Under the pieces are notes generated by a model. That model was given only the letters and a program-made list of their open reading frames with translations, was not told the origin of the DNA and searched no databases. From positions 45,136,001 to 45,200,000 of the forward strand of contig NC_043012.1 of assembly GCF_006345805.1 (NCBI RefSeq): a stretch of 64,000 nt of DNA, in the 5' to 3' direction. Made by a program: the position numbers and the translations under genes. Positions 1-11,790 of the stretch are shown here, piece after piece; position 1 is the first letter of the stretch, and each line of letters opens with the position of its first letter. This stretch comes from Octopus sinensis (lineage: Eukaryota).

Positions 1-1630
1 CCATTGGGCAGCTGAACTAGCTTACCGTGTGCGCATGGGTGCGATGCGAGCCAGAAATTCGGCACCCTATCTTTACCGGGGGATTTCCAATTATGGGCCT
101 TCGTGAGTGCCTTTCTTAGGTCTGCTATTGTGATGTCTTCCCATGCTTGTTGTTGTAAATTTTGGTAGGATCCTTCAGTTTGTATAATCCAGTCTGCATT
201 TATGTTGTACGTCTTCTTGTCACTCCAAATCCTTTTCCAAAAGTTTTGAACTTCTTCCATGGGAGGGGGTCTTTAACTGTTACTTTCTCCTTCCCTATTT
301 CTCTGTAGAATGTTTTGGCATTGGATGTGAACAGCTTATTTTGCTTGTAAAACTTGTTTCTCTTCTCAAATCTTCGTATTCTTTGGGCTTTTGCTTGGAC
401 TTTTTGTTTCAGCGTTTCTTTTATTGATATCAGTTCTTCTCTTGGTGAGGATCCAAATTTTCTCTTCATCTTTCTTCCTGTTCTGGATCTTACATCATTT
501 CCACATATTAGTTCATTTAATATTGATATTTCCCCTCTCATAAATTCAATCTCTTTTTCAATTTTACTTCTCCAGGTTTGATTTCTTCCCAGGTTTTGTT
601 TTCTTTGTTTTTTCGGGGGCATACAGCTGGTTTCGATTGCCCTAGCAGAAGCGTAAATAATTTCATTTAACTCAGTAAAATCAGGTTTTAATTCTCGTAT
701 TATTTCATTTGTTACATAGTTGCCAATTTGGATTTGTTTTTTATTTTGGTTTGTATTTGAGAGTTTATGAAGTGGTTCTCTATCATTCATACTTGTATGC
801 CTTACAACTTCAAGCGTATTCAGGATTTTCTGCCTCATTTCTGCCATAGACTCTCTGTGTTCTTCAGCAAATGCGAGATCTTCAGTTACTGTTGTTTTTT
901 CGTTTTCCTGGCTATCTTTAACAGGTACAATAGAATTTCTTGTATCTTCAGGCCTTTGCGTACTTTGGTCAGATGGCAGTCTTTCAATTAAGCCTCGTGG
1001 CGGGCTATACTGTTCATCTGATTCTTCATTTCCTTTGTGTCTTATATTTATGTCATTTTCCGTTGCGTGCTTGATCGCGCTTATTTCACTGTCTGTGAGT
1101 CTGTTATTTCTAAGGATATCCCTCCTCACATTTGCTAATTTGTTCTCGTCCAAATAGGGCCTACTGTCTTGATTCCGTGTTCTCCATATACTGTAAGAGT
1201 TTGCGGTGTGTCTCTCTTGAGATGGCCTACCTAATGCATAGTAATAAGCGTATATTACTTCTTTATACTCTTCTCGGGTCCATTTGTTCCGCTTACATTT
1301 TTCTTTCTGTGGTGGTTGTGGTGGTGAACTTGGAGGGCTCGAGTTGGGAGATTTCCCGTTCAAGTGACCATCCATGTCCGTATTCGGAGAAGAGTTTGTG
1401 CCAGTTGATGACTTTTCGATCCCAGGCTGGCTCTTCCCTGGGGGACGCGCTTCCAGATTAACCATAGGACAAGCGATTTGGTATACTGATTTAGTTTTCC
1501 TTTTAGTTTCCAAAAACATTTTGGTGCTACGATAATGTTATCATTTTTTAGCTTTGATTGGCTCGTGGGGAGACGGCTATCATTGCCGTTACAATTATAA
1601 TCGTACCATTATAGCAGCCGTAGTCGGCTT
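1..1630 (-). mobile_element. 5' portion of an R4/Dong-type non-LTR retrotransposon (5' leader, N-terminal domain and start of RT); runs off the left edge
   Basis: ORF 200..1519 has the Dong-like N-terminus (RNKWTREEYKEVIYAYY...KLANVRRDIL; WRSKIEKEIEFMRGEI; RRFEKRNKFYKQNKLF). After a 1-nt shift at about 265-270 the frame continues PPMEEVQNFWKRIW...WKSPGKDRVPNFWL, the RT entry motif. The 5' end abuts an ATT/ATC trinucleotide array. Confidence 0.85.
200..1519 (-). CDS. N-terminal part (439 aa) of the R4/Dong retrotransposon polyprotein; frameshifted near its end
   Basis: ORF track plus manual translation of the shifted frame from about 262 to 1. Confidence 0.75.
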   Translation of the reverse strand: MFLETKRKTKSVYQIACPMVNLEARPPGKSQPGIEKSSTGTNSSPNTDMDGHLNGKSPNSSPPSSPPQPPQKEKCKRNKWTREEYKEVIYAYYYALGRPSQERHTANSYSIWRTRNQDSRPYLDENKLANVRRDILRNNRLTDSEISAIKHATENDINIRHKGNEESDEQYSPPRGLIERLPSDQSTQRPEDTRNSIVPVKDSQENEKTTVTEDLAFAEEHRESMAEMRQKILNTLEVVRHTSMNDREPLHKLSNTNQNKKQIQIGNYVTNEIIRELKPDFTELNEIIYASARAIETSCMPPKKQRKQNLGRNQTWRSKIEKEIEFMRGEISILNELICGNDVRSRTGRKMKRKFGSSPREELISIKETLKQKVQAKAQRIRRFEKRNKFYKQNKLFTSNAKTFYREIGKEKVTVKDPLPWKKFKTFGKGFGVTRRRTT

Positions 1631-1677
1631 ATTATTGTTATTATCATCACCATCATTATCACTATCACCATCATCAC

Positions 1678-1716
<39 letters not shown>

Positions 1717-2387
1717 TATCACCATCACCATCACCACCATCATCATCAATGATATTGTTTTATGTGTAGTCACAGCAGTATCTTATTATTGTTATTTTTG
1801 TTTTTTTTATCATTATCACCATCACAGTAGTGTCTGTCTGTCTCGTTGGCTGGCTTGGTGGTTGGCTGGCTGACTGTCTTCAACGCCAGAGTTCTTGCCT
1901 GTCAAATAATACTTTCATATTTGGTTAACAATAGAGCCGAGGTGAGGTTTGTGTTGGTTGAATTCTTTGAGTGTGTGTGTGTGTGTAGATAGATAGATAG
2001 ATTATCAGCACTATTACTATCATTATTATCATCATCACCATCACCATCAGTGATATTTTTTCTTTTTTTTTTTTTTTTTAGGTGGGGTGCTATCGGTCAA
2101 AAAAAGTTCAGATGTTTACTACTATTAGGCTTAAGTAAAATTAAGGAAGGGCTGTTCTGTATTGTTTGTGAATAGAGAAGTTGTGTTCAACCAGAGAGAA
2201 TCTTAGCATCATCATTTTTTTTTTCATGTGCGTTTGTGTTATTGCAATAGAAAGTGTTTGTATATTTCGTGTAAGGTAATATTGTGGAGGTTGAAGCTGA
2301 CTTTTCTAGAGATGTTTGTATGTCCAGTTAGAAGAACAGGTGTGTTTTTACAATAAAAGGTATATGTTTACATTTATATTTGGATAT

Positions 2388-2393
2388 TCATTA

Positions 2394-2456
<63 letters not shown>

Positions 2457-2478
2457 TATTATTATTATTATTATTATA

Positions 2479-2514
<36 letters not shown>

Positions 2515-2582
2515 CATTATTATTATATTATTATTATCATCATCATCATTATTATTATTATTATTATTAATTATTATTATTA

Positions 2583-2630
<48 letters not shown>
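2388..2630. repeat. Imperfect (TTA)n microsatellite
   Basis: Directly visible. Confidence 0.95.
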
Positions 2631-2631
2631 A

Positions 2632-5070
2632 ATTCATATAAACACAACAGATTAGACTGTTGGCAAAGAAAATTTCCTAACATCTGGCTAAAACAAGTAA
2701 CCTTAGATTCGAAGAACACTCCTAAATAGCCCAGCTGTCCTGAATAACAATGTTTCCTAGACCTGTACTAAACTGGGATTTATGCCCATTTCCTCTTCCA
2801 TCCCTTCAAATCATTAGGGATGGTTCGTAATAAACCTATTACTACTGGGATATATTTTACCCGCACTGTCCTGGTAATTTGTTATTTTTTCTATACCTCT
2901 CATATTAACTTTTTCATTTTGGGACTGTAAAAAAATTATCTGGCACTATCTATTCTCTTCGTGTACTACAACTAAATCAGGCCTTCTAGATTCTATCACA
3001 CTGCCACTCTGAATGTGAAGGGGTCCCCAACATCTTATAGTTCTTACTTTTTAGTACTTTAAGTGGTTCATGTTCATACCATATATCAGTATGTTCAAAT
3101 CTTAGCCTTCTGCATAACTCCCAGTGGATTGTTCTCCCTAGATTGCCATGTCTTTCCTTGTATTCTTTCTGTGCCAGTATATATATATATGAATGACGAT
3201 TTCCTCTTTTGATTTGCATTACCTACATTAGGAATCTACTTTGTTTTTATATTTTATTCAATTAGTCCTTAATGCGTGATTCTGTGCTGCTACTAACAGA
3301 CTTTCTGTCTCTCTCTCTTCAGCCTTCCTTTCTACAGCCATAACCATCTAACTACTATCATTTGCTGCAACTATCATTGGGAACCTACCAAGCAAAGCGT
3401 TCTCCTCACAGTCAGATAAATTTAGTTCCTCTTTCTCTGGTTTTTAACTTCGAATTTGTTTGGTTTCCCTATGTCTTGCTGTGACTATTGAAGCTTTCAA
3501 TCTTCACTATTACCTACATGGGAATCTATATAAACTCTAGCTAACTCCACGGAGTCTTCAACTGATTTTAGCCCTCTTCCATCTTCATTCTAGGTAGGTA
3601 TAATCTTGCTACTCCTGCCTTACTGTGGAGTCCTCCATTCATATTGAATTCCTTCCTAGTTCTGTCTAGCTTTGCTAAATCAGTTTTTGTCCAATCTGCA
3701 AAAGTTGTTGCGTATCGAAGTAATGCTACAGCCCAAGTATTTACAGCCTTCACTAGATTCGGGCCATTTAGCTTTGATTTCATTAGCTTCCTTAACCTTC
3801 TGAAGTAATCTTCAATTTTGGTTTTCATTTCTATAGTTAGTACTCCGTCAGATTCTAATACACCTAGACACTTATAACTCTCCTTCTTTTAATTATTTTA
3901 ATGTCTGGCCATCTGGTAATTGGATGCCTTCACTGTTGACTATCTCTCCCATTCTCATGATTAATATTGCACGCTTATCTATGCCAAATTCCAAGCATGT
4001 ATCTTTATCGAAGTGTCTTACACTGTATTAAGGAATCTATCTCTTTTTCATTCTTACTAAAAAGCTTCAATTCATCCATGCAGAGTGAATGGTTAATTTT
4101 TCCATTACTGTTTCTGACCTGATACCATGCCTTCGCCTTCCTTAATACTAAAGTGTGGGGGATCAAACCTAAGGCAAATATTAACGGGGATAACGAGTCT
4201 CCGTGGAAAATTCTTCTCTTGATATTAACATTCCCTAAGACTGTGTCACCTGAGTAGAAATCTACTTACTATTTCTTCATGTCACAACTAATTAATTCTC
4301 ATATGTTGTCTACTATACTGAATATACTCAATCATTCACTTTTCCATGAGTGTGTGATCATGCCATAGGCCTTTTTGTAATCTATCCATGCTATTATTAG
4401 ATTTTTTATTCTAGCCTTTACTTCATTTAGAACTGCTTTGTCTATGTATGATAGATCATGCGTTCCTCTAGCCGTCTTTCTGTAACCTTTCTGTTCTTCT
4501 AGTAGTAAATTATGGTTGCTCGTAAATCCTTTCTGAATGCATTACTGTCAACAGCTCCCACACTAATCGCAAGCAAGTGATTGGATTACAATTGCTAGCT
4601 GTATTACTCTTGCTTTTATCTTTCATAAGGAGTATTTTTCTCACTCTAGTCGTCCAATCTGGTATTATTCCTCCATTAAGGCTATCCTGAATTTGTTCCT
4701 TCAACCTCATATGTAAACTACTGAATTTCTTTAGCCACTACCCTTGAACCAAATCTGGTCCTGGGCCTTTACAATTCAATATTTTCTTAAAACTTTATTC
4801 ATTAATGCACTAGTTAATCTTCCCACTTACTACTTCTTCCTTCACTTTCTTTAATCATACTGCATCTCCATTATGATTGACTGTCTTATCCCAAATGTTA
4901 CTCAAGAATGTTCTAGCTTCTTCTGCATTAGGTTTCTCATCTTCAGCAATTCGTTCTCCACTATTTATTTGGTTATAAAATCAATCACCTTTCGTCTGTC
5001 TCAAATAATCTATTTTGTGGATAGTGATCTATTCTTTACTGATACCTGGAAAGTTTACCTACATCTGCTA
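2632..5070 (-). mobile_element. Degenerate R4/Dong retrotransposon (RT, thumb, post-CCHC and REL remnants, 3' UTR ending in the TAA array)
   Basis: Broken frames: 4510..4710 (NPITCL), 3568..3828 (SKLNGPNLVKAVNTWAV), 2986..3219 (KEYKERHGNLGRTIHWELC...WYEHEP), and a PVVIG-like REL end near 2800-2850. Many stops and frameshifts. Confidence 0.85.
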
Positions 5071-5097
5071 TGATATGCAATTTCAACTCTTCTCTTA

Positions 5098-5311
5098 CTG
5101 GTGGCAACCTGGCAGAAACGTTAGCACATTGGGAAAAATGCTTAGCGGTGTTTCGTTTGTATTTATATTCTGAGCTCAAATTCCGCCGAGGTCGACTTTG
5201 CCTGTCACCCTTTCGGGGTCGATAAATTAAGTACGAGTTTGGTACTGCGGTCGATCTAAACGACTGGCCCCTTCCCCCCAAATTTTGGGCCTTGTGCCTA
5301 GAGTAGAATAG

Positions 5312-5312
<1 letters not shown>
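5098..5312 (+). mobile_element. tRNA-headed SINE, family A
   Basis: Head with B-box-like gagctcaaattcc, core gtcgactttgcc...tttcggggtcgataaattaagtac, tail into (TTA)n; homologous copies occur throughout the window. Confidence 0.85.
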
Positions 5313-5374
<62 letters not shown>

Positions 5375-5375
5375 G

Positions 5376-5499
5376 TGTATTGAGCAGAATATTTGCTGTA
5401 GTCCGTCTTTTATACCAAGACAAAACAATGTACATGATGACACTTCCAATCAGTTAACATCAGAAGCCACGAGAGCCACTGCCTGGTACTGCATCAGGG

Positions 5500-5500
<1 letters not shown>
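5376..5500 (-). repeat. Terminal 125-bp piece of the ~560-bp TAA-embedded non-coding repeat
   Basis: Matches 6003-6087 and the reverse complement of 22715-22835; flanked by (TTA)n on both sides. Confidence 0.85.
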
Positions 5501-5546
<46 letters not shown>

Positions 5547-5571
5547 TATTATTATTATTATTATTATTATT

Positions 5572-6086
5572 GAGTGAGAGAGCAGTTCATGCCATCAAAG
5601 TGACACTGGGGTAAAATATACGAAGCCCAATATACCCATCATGACTACCCGTCTGATAAAGGCACACCAGGCACATACATCACAACCATATGTGCGCGAC
5701 ATGGTGATCTCATATCAAGATAAACAGCACATGACCTTGCAGGTGGGGCCCAGTTAGAATTTTCTTCAGGTTGAGTAGCCCATCCCGCTCAAACGATCCC
5801 TGAATAAAGGTTGTTTAAGGATGTTGAAAGAACCACCCATGTTTCCAGAGGTGAATTATTCAAACCCCAAAGAATCCCTCTCAACACATGGCTATGATGC
5901 TCCCCCACTACTTCTGCTCGTGATCAGAGATGCACATATCGTCAGCCACTAAGGGACATGCTCAACTGATTAAGGTCAAACAACTGACAAGCAAATCTGT
6001 GGTATTGAGCAGAATATTTGCTGTAGCCCATCTTTTATACCAAGACAAAACAATGTACATGATAACACTTCCAATCAGTTAAGATC

Positions 6087-6087
<1 letters not shown>
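5572..6087 (-). mobile_element. ~560-bp non-coding interspersed element embedded in a TAA array (copy A)
   Basis: Near-identical to the reverse complement of 22715-23222; no ORF and no tRNA head; strand assigned by taking the (AAT)n tail as 3'. Confidence 0.7.
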
Positions 6088-6132
<45 letters not shown>

Positions 6133-6135
<3 letters not shown>

Positions 6136-6325
6136 AGCGGTGAGCTAGTATAATCGTTAGCACGCAGGACGAATTGCTTCGCGGAATTTCGCCCGTCGCT
6201 AAGTTCTGAGTTCAAATTCCACCGAGGTCGACTTTGCCTTTCATCCTTTCTGGGTTGATAAAATAAGTACCAGTTGAACACTGGAGTGGACGTAATCGTT
6301 TCATCCCTCCTCCCCAAAGCTGCCT
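6133..6325 (+). mobile_element. SINE family A
   Basis: gagttcaaattccaccgaggtcgactttgcctttcatcctttc...gataaaataagtaccagtt. Confidence 0.85.
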
Positions 6326-6391
6326 CTATGGTACAAAATTGAAATAATAATAATAATGATAATTATTATTATTATTATTATTATTATTATG

Positions 6392-6600
6392 TTGAGTTAG
6401 CAGAACCGTTAGCTCGCCGGCCGAAATCTTTAGCGGCATTTCGTCCGTCTTTAAATGCTGAGTTGAAGTTCCGAAAAGGTTGACGTTGCCCTTCATCCTT
6501 TTTGTGTCGATAAGATTAGTAGCAGTTGAGTAGATGGGTCGATGCAATCGGTTTCTTCTTTCCCTCAAAATTCACCTAACCTTGTGCCAGAATTTAAAAG
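6392..6600 (+). mobile_element. SINE family A (diverged)
   Basis: gcagaaccgttagc...gagttgaagttcc...cttcatcc...gtcgataagattagtagcagtt. Confidence 0.75.
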
Positions 6601-7142
6601 CATTATTCTTAATGCTTTTGCCGTTGTTGTTGCTGTTGTTGTTATTTGTCCTTATTTAATGATACTTGTGATTATAACACGACTTATTTCATTGAAAATG
6701 TGAAATGTTTAAGTTGCTTACAGCTAACAACATTTCACTATTGAAAGGAGAAACGTACTGGTTTATCATATTATTCCTAAGAATAGAGTAAATGTGCCAC
6801 AATGGATCAACACAGAGCTTTGTATATTCGATTAATTATTCTAGTCATGGAGTTGTAAATGATAATGAATTGTGCTTTATCTGTAGCATGGCGGATAGCA
6901 TTTCTACAGCCAATAACCACTTGTCCACTGAACATCGCGCCGTACTGACATTTATGGAAGCACAAATGGAAAAGAAGCAAAATGTGATTTATTGCCAATG
7001 ACGTACAAATAATCTGCTGGCATTATTAAAATATAATTGCGTTGGAATGCACATAGATTTTACATTTACTCATCAAAAGAAAGTCTCAACGTCCTTACAT
7101 TTAACTATATATATACAGCTGTATAACCATTTGCACAAGCTG

Positions 7143-7143
7143 A

Positions 7144-7220
<77 letters not shown>
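7143..7220. repeat. (TATC)n microsatellite
   Basis: Directly visible. Confidence 0.95.
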
Positions 7221-7221
<1 letters not shown>

Positions 7222-7230
7222 CCAGATATT

Positions 7231-7595
7231 AGGCTGTGGCCATACTGGGGCACTGCATTGAAGAATTTTTAGTCCAATGAATTGACCCCAGTACTTATTT
7301 TTCTTAAAACCTGGTACTCATTCTGTCGGTCTATTTTGCCGAACCGTCAATTTACGGGGACGTAAACAAACCAACGGTCGAGCGATGGTGGTAGACAAAG
7401 ACAGACTCAGACACAGACACAGACACATACAACAGGTGTCTTGTCAGTTACATTCTTCTTGATCCATTCACAAGGCTCTGGTCGGCCCGATGTTGTAGTA
7501 TATGACACCTTCCTAAAAATGCCACGCAGTGGTACTGAACCACGAACTATGTCATTGACAAGCAGACTTCGTACCACACAGCCACACCTTCACCT
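7231..7595 (-). mobile_element. tRNA-headed SINE family B (CORE-like), diverged
   Basis: Reverse complement aligns by eye with 61322-61722. Confidence 0.75.
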
Positions 7596-9577
7596 ATGTA
7601 TGTGTGTGTGAGTGTGTGTGTTTGTATATTTATTTATGTGCTGTTTGAGCGTAGAGAATCTGAGGGAAAGGAAAATAAATAGAAACAGCCCAAAGGAATG
7701 AAAGGCAGATGGAGTATTGTAGAAAAGTAGATAGCTAGGTAGCTAGATTGAGCAGTGTGTGAGTATACAGAGAGAGAGAGTGAGAGAGAGGGAAAGAGAG
7801 AGGGAGAGAGAGAGGTGGGGGATAGATTGAAAGACTTACTATTGCATTGTATAGTTTCTAAAATCAATATACACCCCACGGCTGATAAGCATTCTCTCGT
7901 GTGCAAGGTTATGTAAAGAAAATTGTAATTTAATTTTGATTTATCACACGGATATTTGTTATCGGTGGGGAGGAATTCATGAGATTTAGGGTTTTCTTGT
8001 TGATTAAGTAGAAATGAAAATTATGACCAAAGGAGGGCATTGTAAAAAATATCGAACACGTGTAATATTGACAGTAAACTGTGAGATTTGATAGGTAATA
8101 CTCTAATGCATTCCATACAACAGATAAATGTTCTACTTTAATTGTCTTAAATAAGTGAGTAGTAAGAATAAACAATAATCAGAATTGAAATCAATCATAG
8201 AAAATGATTTCAGTGAGAACTTGGCATATATCTATTTGTGTGAAAATCCAAACTCAATCATAGCATCATTCACCGTTTGAATTCGGTGTCTTCAATTCAG
8301 TTCACACCCTACATAATCATCAACGAGGTTTTATCAATTATCTATACAGAACAAAGAATTACCAGGCAAAAAGAAAGAAAGAGGCAACTTTTGAGATATG
8401 GTTGCAGATGTTACAGAACAGAGGTAAACTGCTGATAATCAGTTCTATCAGTTCGTTTTCAATTCCCTGTTGAGATGATAATTCGGAGAAAAATAAACCC
8501 CAGATACAATATAATATCCGTTACCTTATTAGTTTAGTAGATTGTACCCATGAAGCAGAGCTATTTTTGTTTTAATATGCTTTCACTTGATGTGCCACTT
8601 CTAAAGAATCTCTTTCATGACTTTAATTCAAAAATTATTTTATGGCAAACATGGTTTTCTTCATATCAGCTGGCGCGTATGTATCAGTTCTTTACATATA
8701 CTGATTAACTGAACAAAGATATAAAACAAAATTGAGTTAATACAAAGATTGAATTCACTTATATGAAATAAAATAGAATTTTCCTTTACACTCAATGAAA
8801 TCTAAGTTAACCTGAAGTTTGGCGAAACTTCCAGACACACTGATTTTGTTTACGTGTAATTTCGTTAAATCTGTATTGTAAATATAGCTAATATGAACGC
8901 AGACGAATTTAAAGTTCTAAATTAGCTTAAACCTTTATTCTGTCGGTACAGTAAGACGGTATATACGTTTACTGAACTTTTCAATGCAAACATTATATAA
9001 GAATGTTATTATTATTAATGTTATTGTTGTTGTAGGTATTATTATTTATCATTATTATTATATGTTCTTGCAGAAGACCAATCTTGTTACTCTGTTATTT
9101 GCTTTTTCAAAGTATAATACTACAAGTTGTGATCACACTTAAATTTTAATTTCCACCAGTTCTTATATCAAAGATGCAACATAGACTATAGTTAGATTAT
9201 ATAAGATTAGTTCATCTGACCTACTTTCGTATCAAACATTTCACCCAAAGCTAATCACTTTGATGTCTTCCATAGCTATATTATGTTTAATAAAGTGGCG
9301 GCATAAGTTAATATTATATTAAAATGGCGGCAAATTAGTTAATATTATATTAGTTAGATTCAAGTGAGATTAAAATGCCAAAGTTGAATTTTTCAGTTCT
9401 CATTGTTTATCATTAATATATCAAACTTTTTAAACTTTTCAGCATTATATTAAAAAGTGGAGTTCTACCTTGAACCAAATACGGATGATATGGAAGTAGA
9501 TAAGTTTGCTTCATATATAATTAGTAAAAAATAATATCAATATATATTTGGTAAACAGGAAAATGCTTTTTTATAGC

Positions 9578-9657
9578 AAAGTTCTCGGCGAGATTTGAAC
9601 TCTGAGTGTAAAAATTCGGAAAAAGTACTACAAAAATTTTGGCAGACGCTACAATCC
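9578..9657 (-). mobile_element. Degenerate SINE family A head
   Basis: ctcggcgagatttgaactctgagtgt resembles the reverse complement of the family A head and B box. Confidence 0.5.
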
Positions 9658-10949
9658 TATGAAGGAATACAATAATGTTACAAATAAATAAGCCCTGTAA
9701 GTCGCTGGGTGTGGTGTATGAAGAGGAAAACTTGTTCGAATCTAAGTTATCTATAAAATGTGAAATAAAATTTTCATACTGCGTATATTGAAAATTACAA
9801 TGTTAATAAACAACACATTCCCGATGGATGCAATACATGGTACAAAGAGCTATATGTGGTCACTATAAAGAGCTAAATTAGCTACTAAATTTCTTTCAAA
9901 CCAAACTGTAATATAAGGCCATTTACTAACATGTACAGAAGCAAAAACAACGAAAAGCTTACTAATCATGCTAGAAAGTCTATCACGCTAGACTATCATG
10001 CTAGAATGCCTTCTATCATATTTCTACTTAAGCATGACTGACATAAACTGAAGTTACAACAAACAGTAACAACAATAGTGAAATCTCTGAAATTTCCGCT
10101 TCAAAACTGAAGGGATGGTACATTATATAATGGACAGAAAGATACATAGGAATGACTCTGAAAATGGAGCTACTGGATTCAGGAACAATATGGAGTTTTC
10201 GCAACAATGCTATTAACAAGAGTTTGAGCATTAGTGTGGAAATACAACAAATCAAATACTCGTTGATAATATGACCATCAACTTTACAATACAACTTGAT
10301 GAAACACATACAAACGATCAATATCATTATTGAGAACGCAATAACATACTTAATCATAATTATCCGAAATCAGGAGAAAATATTGAACCCTGTGGAGGAT
10401 ACCGTTTTCATAGATCATTAAAATATAAGCTGAAATGAAATATTTTTACCGGAAATGAAATATTTTTACAGGAAAAGCGGATATCTGGGAGAGAGAGAGA
10501 GAGAGAGAGGGAGATAGGTTAACTAACGTTAAGGAAAATACCTGCTTTACATTTCCAGATAAGTTGTCGATGATAATCAATTGAGATCTTTTACAGAGAA
10601 TTTTGATTTCCTTAGATTGATTTACACCGAAAAACAGCCATGGCGGGAAAATAATATATCCAGAGCGACTGATTAATTTCTATGTATTTATTATTTTAGA
10701 AATTGAACCTAATCCATCAATATTTTCGGAAATAACGGCGGATAGCACAGTTCTACAGCCTATCGTAAATGTACATAACCGACAATATACTGGTTATACT
10801 TTTACTTCCGTATTTCTATTTCTGACAGCCACAATCTTCTGAAGTGGTAGGCTTAAATGGTGTTAGTTAAGAAACCGCATTCAATGCCTTGGTTGAGTCT
10901 AGCGGAAACATACCTACTGCAAATGTTTGATAATAATGAAAGTGGTAAG

Positions 10950-11790
10950 AAGGGAAATAATCTCTCATGGAGCTACTTCCTCCTTACGCCATGCCACAAG
11001 GATCAGTTCTAACAAGGTACCCATTAGGACAATGGATACTGTGAGGCCAGGCACTCGAGAATCCACTGTCCAGGTAGGAACTCTGGGACATTGATCAGAA
11101 GACACTGTCCTGCATCCTTCGTAACAATCCAACCCGAAATGAACATAAAATATGGGTCAAAGAATCAAAATGATCCTGCAATTAGTGTGGAGCAACTCTG
11201 TGCACCCTGAATCACATTTGTTCGGATGGCCATGGGCACTGAGAGAAGGCCGATAAAAGTGGAAACATGATAAGGTCCTTGCAGAAATCGTCAAGTGGAC
11301 AGACCTATTAAGTCTAACTAACAACAACCACCACTATTAAAAGATATCAGATTCATAAAGGAAGGTGACAAGGCTCCCATGACGAGAGCACGGGCAGGGG
11401 ACCCGTTTTCTATTTTTCATTCAGCCTCAGACTGGGAAATGCAAGACGAGATAGTGCTAACGTCACTTCGACCTGCAGTCTAGTAATACAAAAACAGTCA
11501 TCGTGGTCGAACTCTCAGTGTCATGGGAGGGAAGACTCGATATTTACCATCTGGAGAAGAAAAACAAATATCAGGACTTGTTCAACGAGTTCCTTGTCGA
11601 GAGATAGAATGTGGTCTCATTCTCCATTGAAGTCGGTTGTCTCGACGTTCCAGCTAGATCGGTGCGCTATTTCCTTAAAAGGGTAGGTCTAGAAACCAGG
11701 CAACTGAAGAAAGCCACTAAGGAGATAAGCATGGCAGCTTAAACTAGCTCCAGGTGGCTATGGTTGGTAGGAGAGTGTAAGAGAAACGCT
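10950..11790 (+). mobile_element. Degenerate Hero-like (R2 superfamily) non-LTR retrotransposon 3' fragment: CCHC knuckle and REL endonuclease
   Basis: Manual translation gives C(N)*CGATLCTLNHICS, ALREGR*KWKHDKVLAEI (HDKVL at 11266-11280), TSLRP (about 11460-11474), and KTVIVVELSVSWEGRLD...KKNKYQDL...IEVGC...SSRWLW. Absent from the ORF track because of stops. Confidence 0.75.

Noticed and set aside
2316-2655. Poly-Leu/Tyr/Ile/Asn ORFs here and at many other sites (15.5, 16.3, 22.5, 33.4, 36.2, 50.0, 59.2 kb)
   Set aside because: Artefacts of stop-free frames in (TTA)n, (TA)n and (CA)n repeats.
5098-5200. tRNA-like A/B boxes in SINE heads as tRNA genes
   Set aside because: No cloverleaf or anticodon arm could be built; they continue into SINE bodies and are multi-copy.
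8349-8425. Possible host exon (ag...gt bounded, one open frame TKNYQAKRKKEATFEIWLQMLQNR)
   Set aside because: No recognisable domain and no supporting neighbouring exons; cannot be supported without RNA-seq.
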